Shown: one piece after another, positions 25,480 through 36,243 of the stretch
Layout of the letters: every line of letters begins with the position of its first letter
Position numbering within the stretch: the stretch's first letter is position 1
From: a virus
Taxonomy: Duplodnaviria > Caudoviricetes
Length of the DNA: 54,353 nucleotides
Reading direction: 5' to 3' (one strand)
IMG/VR virus record: IMGVR_UViG_3300025617_000030
Coordinates: 1 to 54,353 of that record
The notes under the pieces: model-generated
What the model was told of the DNA's origin: nothing
Database searches by the model: none
Seen by the model: only the letters and a program-made list of their open reading frames with translations
Made by a program: the position numbers and the translations under genes

Positions 25480-25920
25480 ATGCCACGTACACAAAATTTA
25501 TCAGATTTAGATCTTAAAAAGTCGATCATCACCGCAAGGCAGTCGGTGTACTCTGACTTTGATCTATCACTCAAACCACATCCAAACACGGGAGATATCA
25601 CAACACTTCGTGATATTAACTCTGTTCGTCAGTCTATTAAGAACCTGATTCTTACAAATCCTGGTGATAGACCCTTTTCTCCTAACCTTGGATCAGGCGT
25701 ACGTGGACTCTTATTTGAACCTGTTGATGCGTTCACGGCACTTGACATCAAAGAAGTCATTGAGACCGTAGTGTCTAACTTCGAGTCACGTGCACAGCTT
25801 TTAGATGTGACGGTCACAGATGAAGCAGACAATAACAGGTACCGTGTACAAATACAATTCCAAATTATTACTTCACTCGATACGGGTGAGGTTGATTTCT
25901 ACGTCGAGAGATTACGCTAA
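25480..25920 (+). CDS. gp25: Baseplate wedge subunit, T4 gp25-like
   Basis: YSDFDL..HP.TGD, SIKNLILT.PGDRPF.P.LGS...LLFEP. Confidence 0.92.
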   Translation: MPRTQNLSDLDLKKSIITARQSVYSDFDLSLKPHPNTGDITTLRDINSVRQSIKNLILTNPGDRPFSPNLGSGVRGLLFEPVDAFTALDIKEVIETVVSNFESRAQLLDVTVTDEADNNRYRVQIQFQIITSLDTGEVDFYVERLR

Positions 25921-27782
25921 TGGCAACTACATCAAATAACAGACTGAATGTTACAGAACTGGATTTTGATCAGATCCGTAGTAACCTAAAAACATACTTG
26001 GAAGGACAGACACAATTCCAGGATTATGACTTTAACGGTTCTGGTATGTCAACTCTCATTGACGTATTGGCATACAATACATTCTATAATGCTTTTAACG
26101 CGAACGTACAGTCAAACGAGTTATATCTTGAGACTGCACAAGTACGTAATAACGTGGTATCACACGCTAAAACACTTGGTTACGTACCACGTTCTGTCAC
26201 TTCATCTTTTGCTACTCTTGATGTGACAGTTAACAATCCAGTTGGATCACCTTCTACACTGACACTCAATCGTGGCACTGTGTTCTCTACACGTATCGAT
26301 GACAAGACGTATGCGTTTGTAAACCTAGAAGCACAAACTATTAACCCGGTTGATGGTGTTTACAAGTTCTCTAATCTCACTGTCAATCAGGGTAAGATTC
26401 GTTCGTTCGAATACGTCGTGGACAATACGTCACTTAGTAAGTCTTATGAAATTCCTGATGCGAATGTAGATACAGCTTCTCTTATCGTAAAGGTACGACC
26501 TAACCGCGCGTCAGACGATGAAGCGACATATGCACGTGTCACTAATGTTGTTGATGTAGATGGTGAGTCACAGGTATACTTCCTTCAAGAAGGCCTCGAT
26601 GGTAAGTTTGAGGTGTACTTCGGTGATGGGATCTTTGGTAAGTCAGTCGAAGCCGGAAACGTTATCGAATTAGAATATCTTGTAACGGACGGCGAAGTAG
26701 CAAATGGTGCTTCGGTGTATGCACTCGAAGGTAATGTCGAGGGTAACACAAATGTCACGGTCTCAACAGTTGCTAGATCAGCTGGTGGGTCGGATCGAGA
26801 AGAGATTGATTCGATTAAGTTCAACGCTCCACTTTCTTTCTTGTCTCAGAACCGAGTTGTAACAGCCGATGACTATGTAACGATCATCAAGAACAACTAT
26901 TCAAACGCAGATTCAGTTGCGGTATGGGGTGGAGAAGAAAATGATCCTCCACAATACGGTAGCGTGTTTGTATCCATTAAGCCTAAGAATGCCGAGACAC
27001 TTGACGAAGCTCAAAAGCAGTTTATTATCGATGATATCTTAAAGACAAAGAACCTTGTATCGATTACTCCACAATTAGTAGATCCGTCATACACGTATCT
27101 GTCACTTGAGGTATTCTTTAAGTACGATCCAAACCTGACATCATTGACATCTGGTGAGCTTCAGCAGAAAGTATCTCAAGTTATTTCGGACTACAACGAT
27201 ACCGACCTCAAACAGTTTGATGGCGTATTCCGTCACTCAAAACTCCTTGGTCTCATTGATGATAGTGACGCGTCGATTCTAAATACAACAGTACGTGTCT
27301 TCATGCAGAAGAGGTTTGTGCCTACCGTCGGCCAGTCACTGAAATATACCCTTGAGTTCTCTTCACCACTCTACACAACAGTGTCGAATGAAGACGTCAT
27401 TGAGTCAACTGCATTTACTTACAATGGATTCACTTCTTTCTTCGAAGATATCCAGCCAGATCTAACAGAAGGCACAACACAGCATCGACTACAGATCTAT
27501 AGATTTGCAGGTAACCAGAAGATTATTCAGGTACAGGATGCAGGGTACATTGTTCCGGAAGAAGGCCTTGTCATCCTCTCATCATTTAACCCAGAATCAT
27601 TCGTTGGTGATTACATTACGATCACATCATCTCCTGATTCAAATGATGTTGCACCGAAGCGTAACCAGCTTCTACAAATTGACATGAACCAAGTTACGAT
27701 TGAACCACAAGTTGATACGATTGCGACAGGTGGTGTGGTCGCCGGTATCGGATATCAAACAACTCCGAGACATAGCAGCTAA
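25920..27782 (+). CDS. gp6: Baseplate wedge subunit, T4 gp6-like
   Basis: LDFDQI..NLK, DYDFNGSG, LAYNT, FGDGIFG, QNRVVTADDY, WGGEENDPP. Confidence 0.93.
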   Translation: MATTSNNRLNVTELDFDQIRSNLKTYLEGQTQFQDYDFNGSGMSTLIDVLAYNTFYNAFNANVQSNELYLETAQVRNNVVSHAKTLGYVPRSVTSSFATLDVTVNNPVGSPSTLTLNRGTVFSTRIDDKTYAFVNLEAQTINPVDGVYKFSNLTVNQGKIRSFEYVVDNTSLSKSYEIPDANVDTASLIVKVRPNRASDDEATYARVTNVVDVDGESQVYFLQEGLDGKFEVYFGDGIFGKSVEAGNVIELEYLVTDGEVANGASVYALEGNVEGNTNVTVSTVARSAGGSDREEIDSIKFNAPLSFLSQNRVVTADDYVTIIKNNYSNADSVAVWGGEENDPPQYGSVFVSIKPKNAETLDEAQKQFIIDDILKTKNLVSITPQLVDPSYTYLSLEVFFKYDPNLTSLTSGELQQKVSQVISDYNDTDLKQFDGVFRHSKLLGLIDDSDASILNTTVRVFMQKRFVPTVGQSLKYTLEFSSPLYTTVSNEDVIESTAFTYNGFTSFFEDIQPDLTEGTTQHRLQIYRFAGNQKIIQVQDAGYIVPEEGLVILSSFNPESFVGDYITITSSPDSNDVAPKRNQLLQIDMNQVTIEPQVDTIATGGVVAGIGYQTTPRHSS

Positions 27783-28657
27783 TGTATTACGATATTGAAA
27801 GTGTATTACCCGAGTACCTAGTATCAGAAAAGCCTGAACTAGTTGCTTTTATCAAAGCCTACTATGATTGGCTAGAGCAAGATGGTAATCCTGGAAGTGT
27901 AATCAATAAACTATCAATGTACCGTGACATGGATCGTGTTGCAGTAGAGTTTCTCGAGTATCTGCAACGTGAGATCGCGATATCGATTCCAGCTAATATT
28001 CGTGCTGATAAACGTAAATTGTACAAGAATGCTGTAGACATCTATTTGTCACGTGGATCAGAGCCTTCATACAAGGCCTTGTTTAACTTAGTATTCAATG
28101 ACGAGATCGAACTATTCTTCCCTCGTGTAGATATCCTAAAGCCTTCAGACGGTAAGTGGGATGCAGCAAACCAACGCTGGTTGAATGACGACGGTAAACT
28201 ATCTGTAAAGAAGTTTATTCAGGATTCACGGTTCTATCAGTCATTCTCATATGTAATTAAGACTGGACAGACAATTGACTTTTGGCGTGACTCGGTCAAA
28301 ACGTTGTTACACCCAGCTGGCTTTGCATTCTTTGGACAAGTATCAATTCTGTCTGATGCAACGAAAAAGATGCCTAAGGTTCAGCCAGGTGAAGATGAAG
28401 TAACGGATCAGGGAGTACCAATCATTCTCCCGGTAGTTCAGGTACCTGTCAGAGTCGCTGGATTCTTAGATATTAAATTTACTATTTTTTCCCAAAGTGA
28501 TATCAAACTTGGGCCGACATGGATGCATATTGATCGATATAAATTTATTAATGATGAACCCATATCACGGTATGGGATTTACAACGTTGGTGATGCGATT
28601 GAACATGCGAAAACGAATATCTCTATTCAATCAGATATATCAACCACAACAGTATAA
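27782..28657 (+). CDS. Short baseplate wedge protein, gp7-like
   Basis: FIKAYYDWLE, IQDSRFYQSFSYVIK, LLHPAGF; lies between gp6 and gp8. Confidence 0.7.
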   Translation: MYYDIESVLPEYLVSEKPELVAFIKAYYDWLEQDGNPGSVINKLSMYRDMDRVAVEFLEYLQREIAISIPANIRADKRKLYKNAVDIYLSRGSEPSYKALFNLVFNDEIELFFPRVDILKPSDGKWDAANQRWLNDDGKLSVKKFIQDSRFYQSFSYVIKTGQTIDFWRDSVKTLLHPAGFAFFGQVSILSDATKKMPKVQPGEDEVTDQGVPIILPVVQVPVRVAGFLDIKFTIFSQSDIKLGPTWMHIDRYKFINDEPISRYGIYNVGDAIEHAKTNISIQSDISTTTV

Positions 28658-28660
28658 ATA
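28653..28660 (+). promoter_or_regulatory. Late promoter TATAAATA upstream of gp8
   Basis: Exact motif overlapping the upstream stop; GGAG downstream. Confidence 0.75.
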
Positions 28661-28691
28661 AACCCAAACAGGTAATGGAGTTTTAACACAA

Positions 28692-30020
28692 ATGGCCGCA
28701 ATCATTACTCAAGACATGCGGATTAAGAATGCATCTAATTTTATTGATACAATTGCAGATGCTGGCGAATCCATCTATTTTTATATCGGACGTTCACAAG
28801 AATGGCCCAACTCAGATTCTGATGTTGCCGATCCAGAAGATAGCACTGCAAAAGTTAACGAGACAAAGTCAAAAATCTTTGCGATGAAGATCGTCGCTGG
28901 TTCTGATGTCACAAATGCTATTACACGGTATAACTGGACATCAGGTCAGACATATTCAGAGTGGGATGACCAAGACGAACTTATTTACAATAAGCAGTTC
29001 TATGTAATCACCGACGAATTTAACGTCTATAAGTGTTTACAAGCAGGAACTGGTCCGTCACTGAACAAGCCGACAGGTACTAACACCGCTGCTCAAAACG
29101 ATGAGAGCGCTGATGGTTATATCTGGAAGTACATGTTTACACTTTCAGGTACTCAGTCAACTAAGTTCTTGACTAACTCATTCATTCCAGTTTATACGAC
29201 AGACCCTGCGGTTGATGACGGATCACAACAATATAATGTTCAAGCTGCAGCTGCAGACGGTGGTATTCACCGAATCAAAGTAACAGCGGGTGGTTCAGGT
29301 TACACATCAATCCCAACCGTTGTAATTAACGGTAATGGTTCAGGTTGTAGCGCGAGTGCAACGATTGATGTTAACACCGGAACGGTAACTGCGATTGATG
29401 TTCCTAAAGTATCTGTTGGATCTGGATATAGCATTGCATCTGTAGAGATCACTGGCGGCGGTGGTACTGGAGCAACTGCTCGAGCGATCATCTCTCCGGC
29501 GGGCGGACACGGGTACGACCCGGTACGTGAGCTAGGGGGTTACTTTATGATGGCTAATATTCAACTAGACGGTGCAGTAGGTGATGGTGACTTCCCAATC
29601 GACAATGATTACCGTCAGCTAGGTCTGATGCGTAATCCTCTGAACTTTGGTACTTCAACAGTAGCCACGGCAACTACGTTAAATACAACATATACGATCA
29701 ACTATACAAATGGTTCAGGTACTTTCCTGCCAGATGATTTGATCGAGGGATCAGTCACAGAAACACAGGCTTATATTGATTCTGTAGACACAACGAATGA
29801 AAAGGTACGTTACCACCAAGAAGCTGCTTCTGGCTTCGGTACATTCCAGGTTGGTGAAACAATCACTGGATCTGTGTCAGGTGCAACTGCTACTATTTCA
29901 AGCGTAGACGATCCTGAATCTGATCCATTCACTGGTGAGATTCTTTACATTGAGAATCGTACCCGAGTGAATCGCTCAGAAAATCAGATTGAAGACATTA
30001 AACTTGTTCTAGAATTTTAA
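28692..30020 (+). CDS. gp8: Baseplate wedge subunit, T4 gp8-like
   Basis: VYKCL, DGYIWKYM, GEILYIENR..R...QIEDIKLVLEF. Confidence 0.88.
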   Translation: MAAIITQDMRIKNASNFIDTIADAGESIYFYIGRSQEWPNSDSDVADPEDSTAKVNETKSKIFAMKIVAGSDVTNAITRYNWTSGQTYSEWDDQDELIYNKQFYVITDEFNVYKCLQAGTGPSLNKPTGTNTAAQNDESADGYIWKYMFTLSGTQSTKFLTNSFIPVYTTDPAVDDGSQQYNVQAAAADGGIHRIKVTAGGSGYTSIPTVVINGNGSGCSASATIDVNTGTVTAIDVPKVSVGSGYSIASVEITGGGGTGATARAIISPAGGHGYDPVRELGGYFMMANIQLDGAVGDGDFPIDNDYRQLGLMRNPLNFGTSTVATATTLNTTYTINYTNGSGTFLPDDLIEGSVTETQAYIDSVDTTNEKVRYHQEAASGFGTFQVGETITGSVSGATATISSVDDPESDPFTGEILYIENRTRVNRSENQIEDIKLVLEF

Positions 30021-30031
30021 GGTATTATTAA

Positions 30032-33000
30032 ATGGCTATCGACTTCAACAATGATCCGTATTTCGATGATTTTGACGTAGCCGGGGCTGACGGTCTAACA
30101 CCCAAAGAAAAATACTATCGTATTTTATTCCGTCCTTCGGTTGCTCTTCAAGCTCGTGAATTAACACAGCTTCAGTCGACTCTTCAAAATCAGATCTCAT
30201 CCTTCGGCGATCACATGTTTGAAGACGGAGCAATGATCATTCCAGGATCAACTGCTGTTGATAAGGAATACGGCTTCGTAAAATTACTTGATAGCTTTGG
30301 TGGTAGTGACATTGAGACATACCTATCAGAACTCAATGGTACAAAGGTAACTGGCCAGACGACTGGTGTCGAAGCAAAGTGTGTCGGTGTTGTATCACGT
30401 ACTGATGGTGGTGATCCTCCAACACTGTTTGTTAAATACCTTAACTCTGGTACCGATAAGGTCACAAAGCAATTTGCAGCTGACGAAACACTTATCTCAG
30501 ACGGGACTAATACCCGATCGGTTACAATTGAAGCGGCAGCTGAGACTCCAGTAGGATTTGGATCTGCGGCTAAGATCGAACCAGGTGTATACTATGTAAA
30601 CGGAACATTTGCATACGTAACTACTCAGACATTAGTCCTGAGTAAGTACTCTACCAATCCATCTGCTCGTATCGGTTTGACTATCAGTGAAACTACTGTT
30701 TCAGCTCAAGAAGATCAGACGCTCAATGATAATGCTGCAGGCTCACCTAACTTCGCTGCTCCTGGTGCGCACCGATATCAAATCACTCTGACCCTTGATT
30801 CAAAAGATATTAATGGAACAGACGATGATAACTTCATTGAACTGATTCGTATCGTATCAGGTAATATCACAAAGCAAGTACGATCAACCGAGTACGCAGT
30901 ACTTGAAGATACACTTGCGCGACGGACATACGACGAATCAGGTAACTATACTGTTCGTCCATTTAATATCGATGTACGAGAGCATTTAAAGGAAGATGGT
31001 AATCGTGGTATTTACACTGCCGCTGAAGGTGGTGATGAGACAAAGCTAGCCGTTGGTTTCGAACCCGGTAAAGCATATGTTCGTGGATACGAGATCGATA
31101 CACTCTCTACTACATACGTTGATATCGATAAGGCACGTGATACACAACAGTATATTAACTTTATTGCACCGTTCTTCATTGGTAACTATACGCTCGTTAA
31201 TACAGTTTCTGGTATCCCACAAATTGATGTCAATGAGAAGCTAGAGCTACTTGATAACACAAGTGGTGGTGCAGTTGTTGGTTCGGCTCGGGCCCGTGCA
31301 TTTGAGTACGACTCAGGTACAGCTGGAACTTCGGGTGCGGTTTATAAGTTATACCTGTTTGACATTCAAATGAATACAAATAAGACATTCTTAGAAGACG
31401 TCAAACAGATTCGTGCACAGAATTACACAGCCGGAACTTTCGAATTCATTGGTAACACAGTTCTTGATGGTAGTTCATACGCTCAGATTATCACGCCGCC
31501 TAGCGCAAAGAACAATATGTTCATCCAGCTTCCGAATAACACTGTAAAATCTATTCGTAACTCTGCTGGTGAGATCGACACATCGATTCAGGTCACTCGT
31601 GTGATTCGACGCAACCTGACTGGTGGCATATCATCAATTAACTTGACAACTACTGGTGAAACGTTTGAAACGCCTTATGATCCAAATGACTACACAATGG
31701 TCGGTGACGATGGAACTGTATATGACCTAGATGCTTCAACTGGTCGTCTTACACTTGCAAGTGGTGACAACACAACACTTAACATTGACTTGTCTGGTGA
31801 AGTTTCTGTCCCAGCATCGGTTACCATTATTGCTACAGTTAATGTTGGCCAAGCACAGCATAAGCAGAAAAACTTACAGTCTAACTTCAACCATAATATT
31901 GACAGTCCGAATAGTACTGCAAACGGTTATGACTCACTGGGTAAAGCTGACATCTACCGTTTAGTTGGTGTATATGATTCACTCAATCCTGGTGTAAATG
32001 CAACAACATCTGACTTGGATATCACTGAACGTTACGAGCTAGATGACGGTCAACGTGATAACTTCTACAACCTAGGTCGTATACGATTGAAGCCTGGCTT
32101 CTCGTCACCAACAGGTCGTATCCTCGTTGTGTTTGATTACTTTACTCATACGTCTGGTAACTACTTTGCTGTTGATTCATACTCACCTGCACAGGTAGAT
32201 TACGAAGATATTCCAACGTATAACTTGGCCGGTGAAACAATCCAGCTTCGTGATGTATTAGACTTCCGTCCACGTATCGCTGATAGTGGTGATGACTTCG
32301 ACGAAAACGATGGTGCAGAAAACTTAGAGATACCACGTGTCGGTTCTAATATGACACTTGACTTTAATTATTACTTGCCACGTATCGATAAAGTCTATCT
32401 TGATCCGAATGGTAACTTCCGTGTTCTTGAAGGTGTATCATCACCTAACCCGGCTACACCACCAGATCCAGATGATGGTATGGTGATCTATAGCCTGTAC
32501 ATGAATGCATACACATTTAATACAAGCGACCTGACACCTAACTTTATTGACAACAAGCGTTATACAATGCGTGACATCGGACGTCTCGAGACTCGAATCA
32601 AGAACCTCGAGTACTATACTTCATTGTCACTGCTTGAAAAAGAAACTGCTGACATTCAGATCCTTGATACTAACAATGTTGATCGATTCAAGTCAGGGTT
32701 TGTTGTTGATCCATTCTATGGTCACAACGTCGGTAACCCATCAGATCCTGACTACCATATCTCGATTGATGCTGAAAGAGGTGAAGCTCGTCCACAGTTC
32801 TACGAAGATTCAGTTCGTATCAACATTAATGAGTCGCTCTCTTCTAACTACCAGATTACAGGTGATGTGGTATCGCTTCCGTACTCTGAAGTCAAGCTGA
32901 TTGAACAACCATTTGCTTCTCAGGCAGAGAACGTTAACCCATACGATGTATTCCAATGGGTAGGTCAGATCGACATGTCACCATCTAATGATGACTGGAA

Positions 33001-35338
33001 AGACACTGAAACACGGCCGGAATTGATTGTTGATAATCAAGGGCTCTTCGATGTTGTTAACTCACTCTCTGACGAAGCAGGTGTGTTAGGTACTGTTTGG
33101 AACGAATGGGAAACACAATGGGCTGGTCGTGAGATTGTAGTAGGTTCAAGCGATACCCAACGTGATGGTCGTCGCTTATTCCAAGACATTATTACGGCGC
33201 AACAGGCAACACAAGCACGATCTGGTATTCGTACTTCGGTATCACCTGATACGATTCAAACATCTTTCGGTGAGAGAGTTGTTGACATTCGTATGGTACC
33301 ATTCATTCGTTCACGCCGTGTCAAGTTTAAGGCAACACGTCTGAAGCCTAATACCAAGTTCTTTGCGTTCTTCGAAGACGTAAACGTATCAGACTTCACA
33401 CGTCCTATCTCGGCTTCGAACTTTGTACGCTTTGTTGATACACCAGTTGATCCTGAACCAGATCGTGATGCGGTGCGTCACCCTGAGTTGACGTCAACTG
33501 ATATTACTAACGGTGCAAATGCATTGTTCTCGGATGCTACTGGTACACTTCACGGTGAGTTCTACATTCCAAATACAGACTCAGTCAGATTCCGTACAGG
33601 TAACCGGTTGTTTAAGCTCATTGATACTGACTCAGGTATCGATGCGAACATTACTTCATCGGCACGCGCTACATACTCAGCTAATGGTCTGGTAGAGGTC
33701 AAGCAAGAAGTATCACTACGTTCACCAAGCTTGATTCAAGAGAACGTACAAGATATTAACCGTAACGTTACGATCTTCAATACCTCGACACGTACTGTTG
33801 GATGGGTTGACCCATTGGCACAAACGTTCTTGATTGATACAGATAACGGTGCATTCCTCACAAAGGTTGGTATTTACTTTAAGTCTAAGGACCTAAACAT
33901 TCCTATCACCTTACAGATCCGTGCAGTTGTCAATGGTTACCCATCGAATGAGATCGTACCATTTGGTGAGGTTGTACTACCAGCTGCCAATGTGAATGTT
34001 TCAGAAGATGCATCGGCAGAAACTCTGTTTACACTTCCATCTCCAGTTTACTTGAGACAGGATACTGAATACGCTGTGTGTCTGCTCGCTAACTCAAATC
34101 AGTATGAGGCTTGGATAGCTGAGCTTGGACAAAACGCAATTGGTACAACACGACGTATCTCTACACAGCCATATGCTGGTGTAATGTTTAAGTCACAGAA
34201 CGGTTCAACATGGTCTGCTGACCAAACAAAAGATATGAAGTTTACCATGTATCGTGCATCATTCGATACATCTGCTTCACAGGTTGTATTCCAGAACGGT
34301 AACGTACCACTTCGTAACTTACGACTCAATCCTTTCTTCACGACTTCTTCGTCTAGTAAGGTAATTGTCAAACATCCTAACCATGGAATGTTTGAGGGAT
34401 CTGAGGTTGCGCTGACTGGTTGCGATGCATCAGTAAATGGTATTCCAGCTTCTGACCTGATCGGACAGTACACTATCACAGATGTTGAGATCGATCAGTA
34501 TCAGATCACGGTAAATACTGCTGCTACATCAGACGGAAATGGTGGTGGTGCAAATGTGTTTGCAACAGAGGATAAGCGTCTTGATGTTATGAATCCTGCG
34601 ATTCAACAGATGATTCTGCCTAGTACGAATATTGCTTATGAATTCAGGGCAGCAAATACTAAATCACTTGCTGGGTCTGAGACTAACTTGTATGAGGTAC
34701 CAGTTACCTACTCACAGGTTGTGGCAAACACAAACTACTATCCAGATGCTCCAAAAGTAATTGCATCTTCTGTGAATGAGACAATTAACGTTAACCTAGA
34801 TAAGTCATTCTGGTTACGTGCTACACTGTCTTCTGCTGCAGAGAACCTGTCGCCGATGATTGATCTTGAAAGAACATCGATTGTTTCGGTAAGTAACCGA
34901 ATCGATAATCCGAAAGATCCATTGTCATCAGAGACTGGTAAAAACTCGGTTGTTGGATTCACTGAAGAAACAGAAGCAACTGGTGGTTCTGCGCTTGCTA
35001 AGTATATCACTCGTAAGATTACACTGAACAATACATCAGTAAGTCTGCGTATCGTATTTGGTGGTAACAGACCTGCTGGTTCATTTATCGATGTTTACTT
35101 CAAGACACAAGCATCTGAAGATGAGACACCGTTTGATGAAATCGGATGGACACTGGCAACTATTGATTCCACTGTACCTACAACAGATGATCGCACGATC
35201 TTTAGTGACTATGAATACACTATAGATAATATTACACCAAACTTCAATGCATTTGCCGTGAAGGTTGTAATGAGATCACAGAGTTCAACTGCTGCTCCAC
35301 GTATTCGAGACTTTAGAGCTATCGCGTTAGGTACATAA
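30032..35338 (+). CDS. Large virion structural protein (DUF4815/VrlC-like)
   Basis: PYFDDF, QARELTQLQ, APGAHR, ARRTYDESGNY, RYTMRDIG.LE.RI..LEYYTSL, DPLAQTF, RDFRAIAL. Confidence 0.85.
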   Translation: MAIDFNNDPYFDDFDVAGADGLTPKEKYYRILFRPSVALQARELTQLQSTLQNQISSFGDHMFEDGAMIIPGSTAVDKEYGFVKLLDSFGGSDIETYLSELNGTKVTGQTTGVEAKCVGVVSRTDGGDPPTLFVKYLNSGTDKVTKQFAADETLISDGTNTRSVTIEAAAETPVGFGSAAKIEPGVYYVNGTFAYVTTQTLVLSKYSTNPSARIGLTISETTVSAQEDQTLNDNAAGSPNFAAPGAHRYQITLTLDSKDINGTDDDNFIELIRIVSGNITKQVRSTEYAVLEDTLARRTYDESGNYTVRPFNIDVREHLKEDGNRGIYTAAEGGDETKLAVGFEPGKAYVRGYEIDTLSTTYVDIDKARDTQQYINFIAPFFIGNYTLVNTVSGIPQIDVNEKLELLDNTSGGAVVGSARARAFEYDSGTAGTSGAVYKLYLFDIQMNTNKTFLEDVKQIRAQNYTAGTFEFIGNTVLDGSSYAQIITPPSAKNNMFIQLPNNTVKSIRNSAGEIDTSIQVTRVIRRNLTGGISSINLTTTGETFETPYDPNDYTMVGDDGTVYDLDASTGRLTLASGDNTTLNIDLSGEVSVPASVTIIATVNVGQAQHKQKNLQSNFNHNIDSPNSTANGYDSLGKADIYRLVGVYDSLNPGVNATTSDLDITERYELDDGQRDNFYNLGRIRLKPGFSSPTGRILVVFDYFTHTSGNYFAVDSYSPAQVDYEDIPTYNLAGETIQLRDVLDFRPRIADSGDDFDENDGAENLEIPRVGSNMTLDFNYYLPRIDKVYLDPNGNFRVLEGVSSPNPATPPDPDDGMVIYSLYMNAYTFNTSDLTPNFIDNKRYTMRDIGRLETRIKNLEYYTSLSLLEKETADIQILDTNNVDRFKSGFVVDPFYGHNVGNPSDPDYHISIDAERGEARPQFYEDSVRININESLSSNYQITGDVVSLPYSEVKLIEQPFASQAENVNPYDVFQWVGQIDMSPSNDDWKDTETRPELIVDNQGLFDVVNSLSDEAGVLGTVWNEWETQWAGREIVVGSSDTQRDGRRLFQDIITAQQATQARSGIRTSVSPDTIQTSFGERVVDIRMVPFIRSRRVKFKATRLKPNTKFFAFFEDVNVSDFTRPISASNFVRFVDTPVDPEPDRDAVRHPELTSTDITNGANALFSDATGTLHGEFYIPNTDSVRFRTGNRLFKLIDTDSGIDANITSSARATYSANGLVEVKQEVSLRSPSLIQENVQDINRNVTIFNTSTRTVGWVDPLAQTFLIDTDNGAFLTKVGIYFKSKDLNIPITLQIRAVVNGYPSNEIVPFGEVVLPAANVNVSEDASAETLFTLPSPVYLRQDTEYAVCLLANSNQYEAWIAELGQNAIGTTRRISTQPYAGVMFKSQNGSTWSADQTKDMKFTMYRASFDTSASQVVFQNGNVPLRNLRLNPFFTTSSSSKVIVKHPNHGMFEGSEVALTGCDASVNGIPASDLIGQYTITDVEIDQYQITVNTAATSDGNGGGANVFATEDKRLDVMNPAIQQMILPSTNIAYEFRAANTKSLAGSETNLYEVPVTYSQVVANTNYYPDAPKVIASSVNETINVNLDKSFWLRATLSSAAENLSPMIDLERTSIVSVSNRIDNPKDPLSSETGKNSVVGFTEETEATGGSALAKYITRKITLNNTSVSLRIVFGGNRPAGSFIDVYFKTQASEDETPFDEIGWTLATIDSTVPTTDDRTIFSDYEYTIDNITPNFNAFAVKVVMRSQSSTAAPRIRDFRAIALGT

Positions 35339-35538
35339 TGAAATTAAAAGTTGAAGGTCGTGAGGACCTGGTAAGAGATACCAGGTCTCATGCGATCATA
35401 AACACCGATGAGACAGCCTTGGAAAAGGCCAGAGAAAGGGCTGCAAAGGCAGCAGAGAAGAATAAAGAGTTTGAAGATCTGAAATCAGATGTTCAAGAGA
35501 TTAAGAAACTATTAAGTCAATTAATGGATAGGGTATAA
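35338..35538 (+). CDS. Small coiled-coil protein
   Basis: KVEG...LVRD..S.AIIN; TAATG coupling. Confidence 0.7.
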   Translation: MKLKVEGREDLVRDTRSHAIINTDETALEKARERAAKAAEKNKEFEDLKSDVQEIKKLLSQLMDRV

Positions 35539-35539
35539 C

Positions 35540-36241
35540 ATGGCAGTAACAAATGTCACACTTCAAGACTCCTTTGACGATTGGCGTCAAAAGACAAATA
35601 CGATTGCATCTGACGTCGGCGATCTCAGTGCACTGACCGGTTATACATCGACCAATATCGTAGCTGCCCTGAATGAGGCTAAATCGGTTGCATCATTCAA
35701 TGACAACCTAATCTTGAATGATACGAGTGGCGACGGAACTACCGTGTTTAATACTACGGCCGCTAACCTAAATATTAATATTGACGGAACCACTACACTT
35801 GCACTTGACGAGAATGGTAACGTAGCTGTCACAGCAAACTTAACCGTTGGTGGTACAGCCGAGATTACAGGTAATACTGAAATTGATGGGACACTTTCAG
35901 TTTCTTCGGGTGCGACGATCACGGGTAACGTGACTGCTCGTAGCGATTTGTATCTTGGTTCAAACAACGCTGGATCAACATATACATATTACTACGATGA
36001 CACAGCCAATACTTTCCGTTATATTGTATGGGATGATACTGCACGTGAGTTCCAGCTTCAGGACAGTGACGGCGTTGATCGTGTCATCATCCATAGCAAC
36101 TCACCACTTGCAGGTGGATTGCTAAATGAAAATACTGTGGATCACACAAAGTTTTATAATGATGTCAACTTCAAAATCCTTGATTCTTCAGGCGGAGTAC
36201 TGAAAAGCTTATGGGGTGCTGGTGACAATCCAGGAGATTAA
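35540..36241 (+). CDS. Putative virion/fibre protein
   Basis: SFDDWRQKTN, NIVAALNE, beta-repeat segment. Confidence 0.65.
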   Translation: MAVTNVTLQDSFDDWRQKTNTIASDVGDLSALTGYTSTNIVAALNEAKSVASFNDNLILNDTSGDGTTVFNTTAANLNINIDGTTTLALDENGNVAVTANLTVGGTAEITGNTEIDGTLSVSSGATITGNVTARSDLYLGSNNAGSTYTYYYDDTANTFRYIVWDDTAREFQLQDSDGVDRVIIHSNSPLAGGLLNENTVDHTKFYNDVNFKILDSSGGVLKSLWGAGDNPGD

Positions 36242-36243
36242 TT

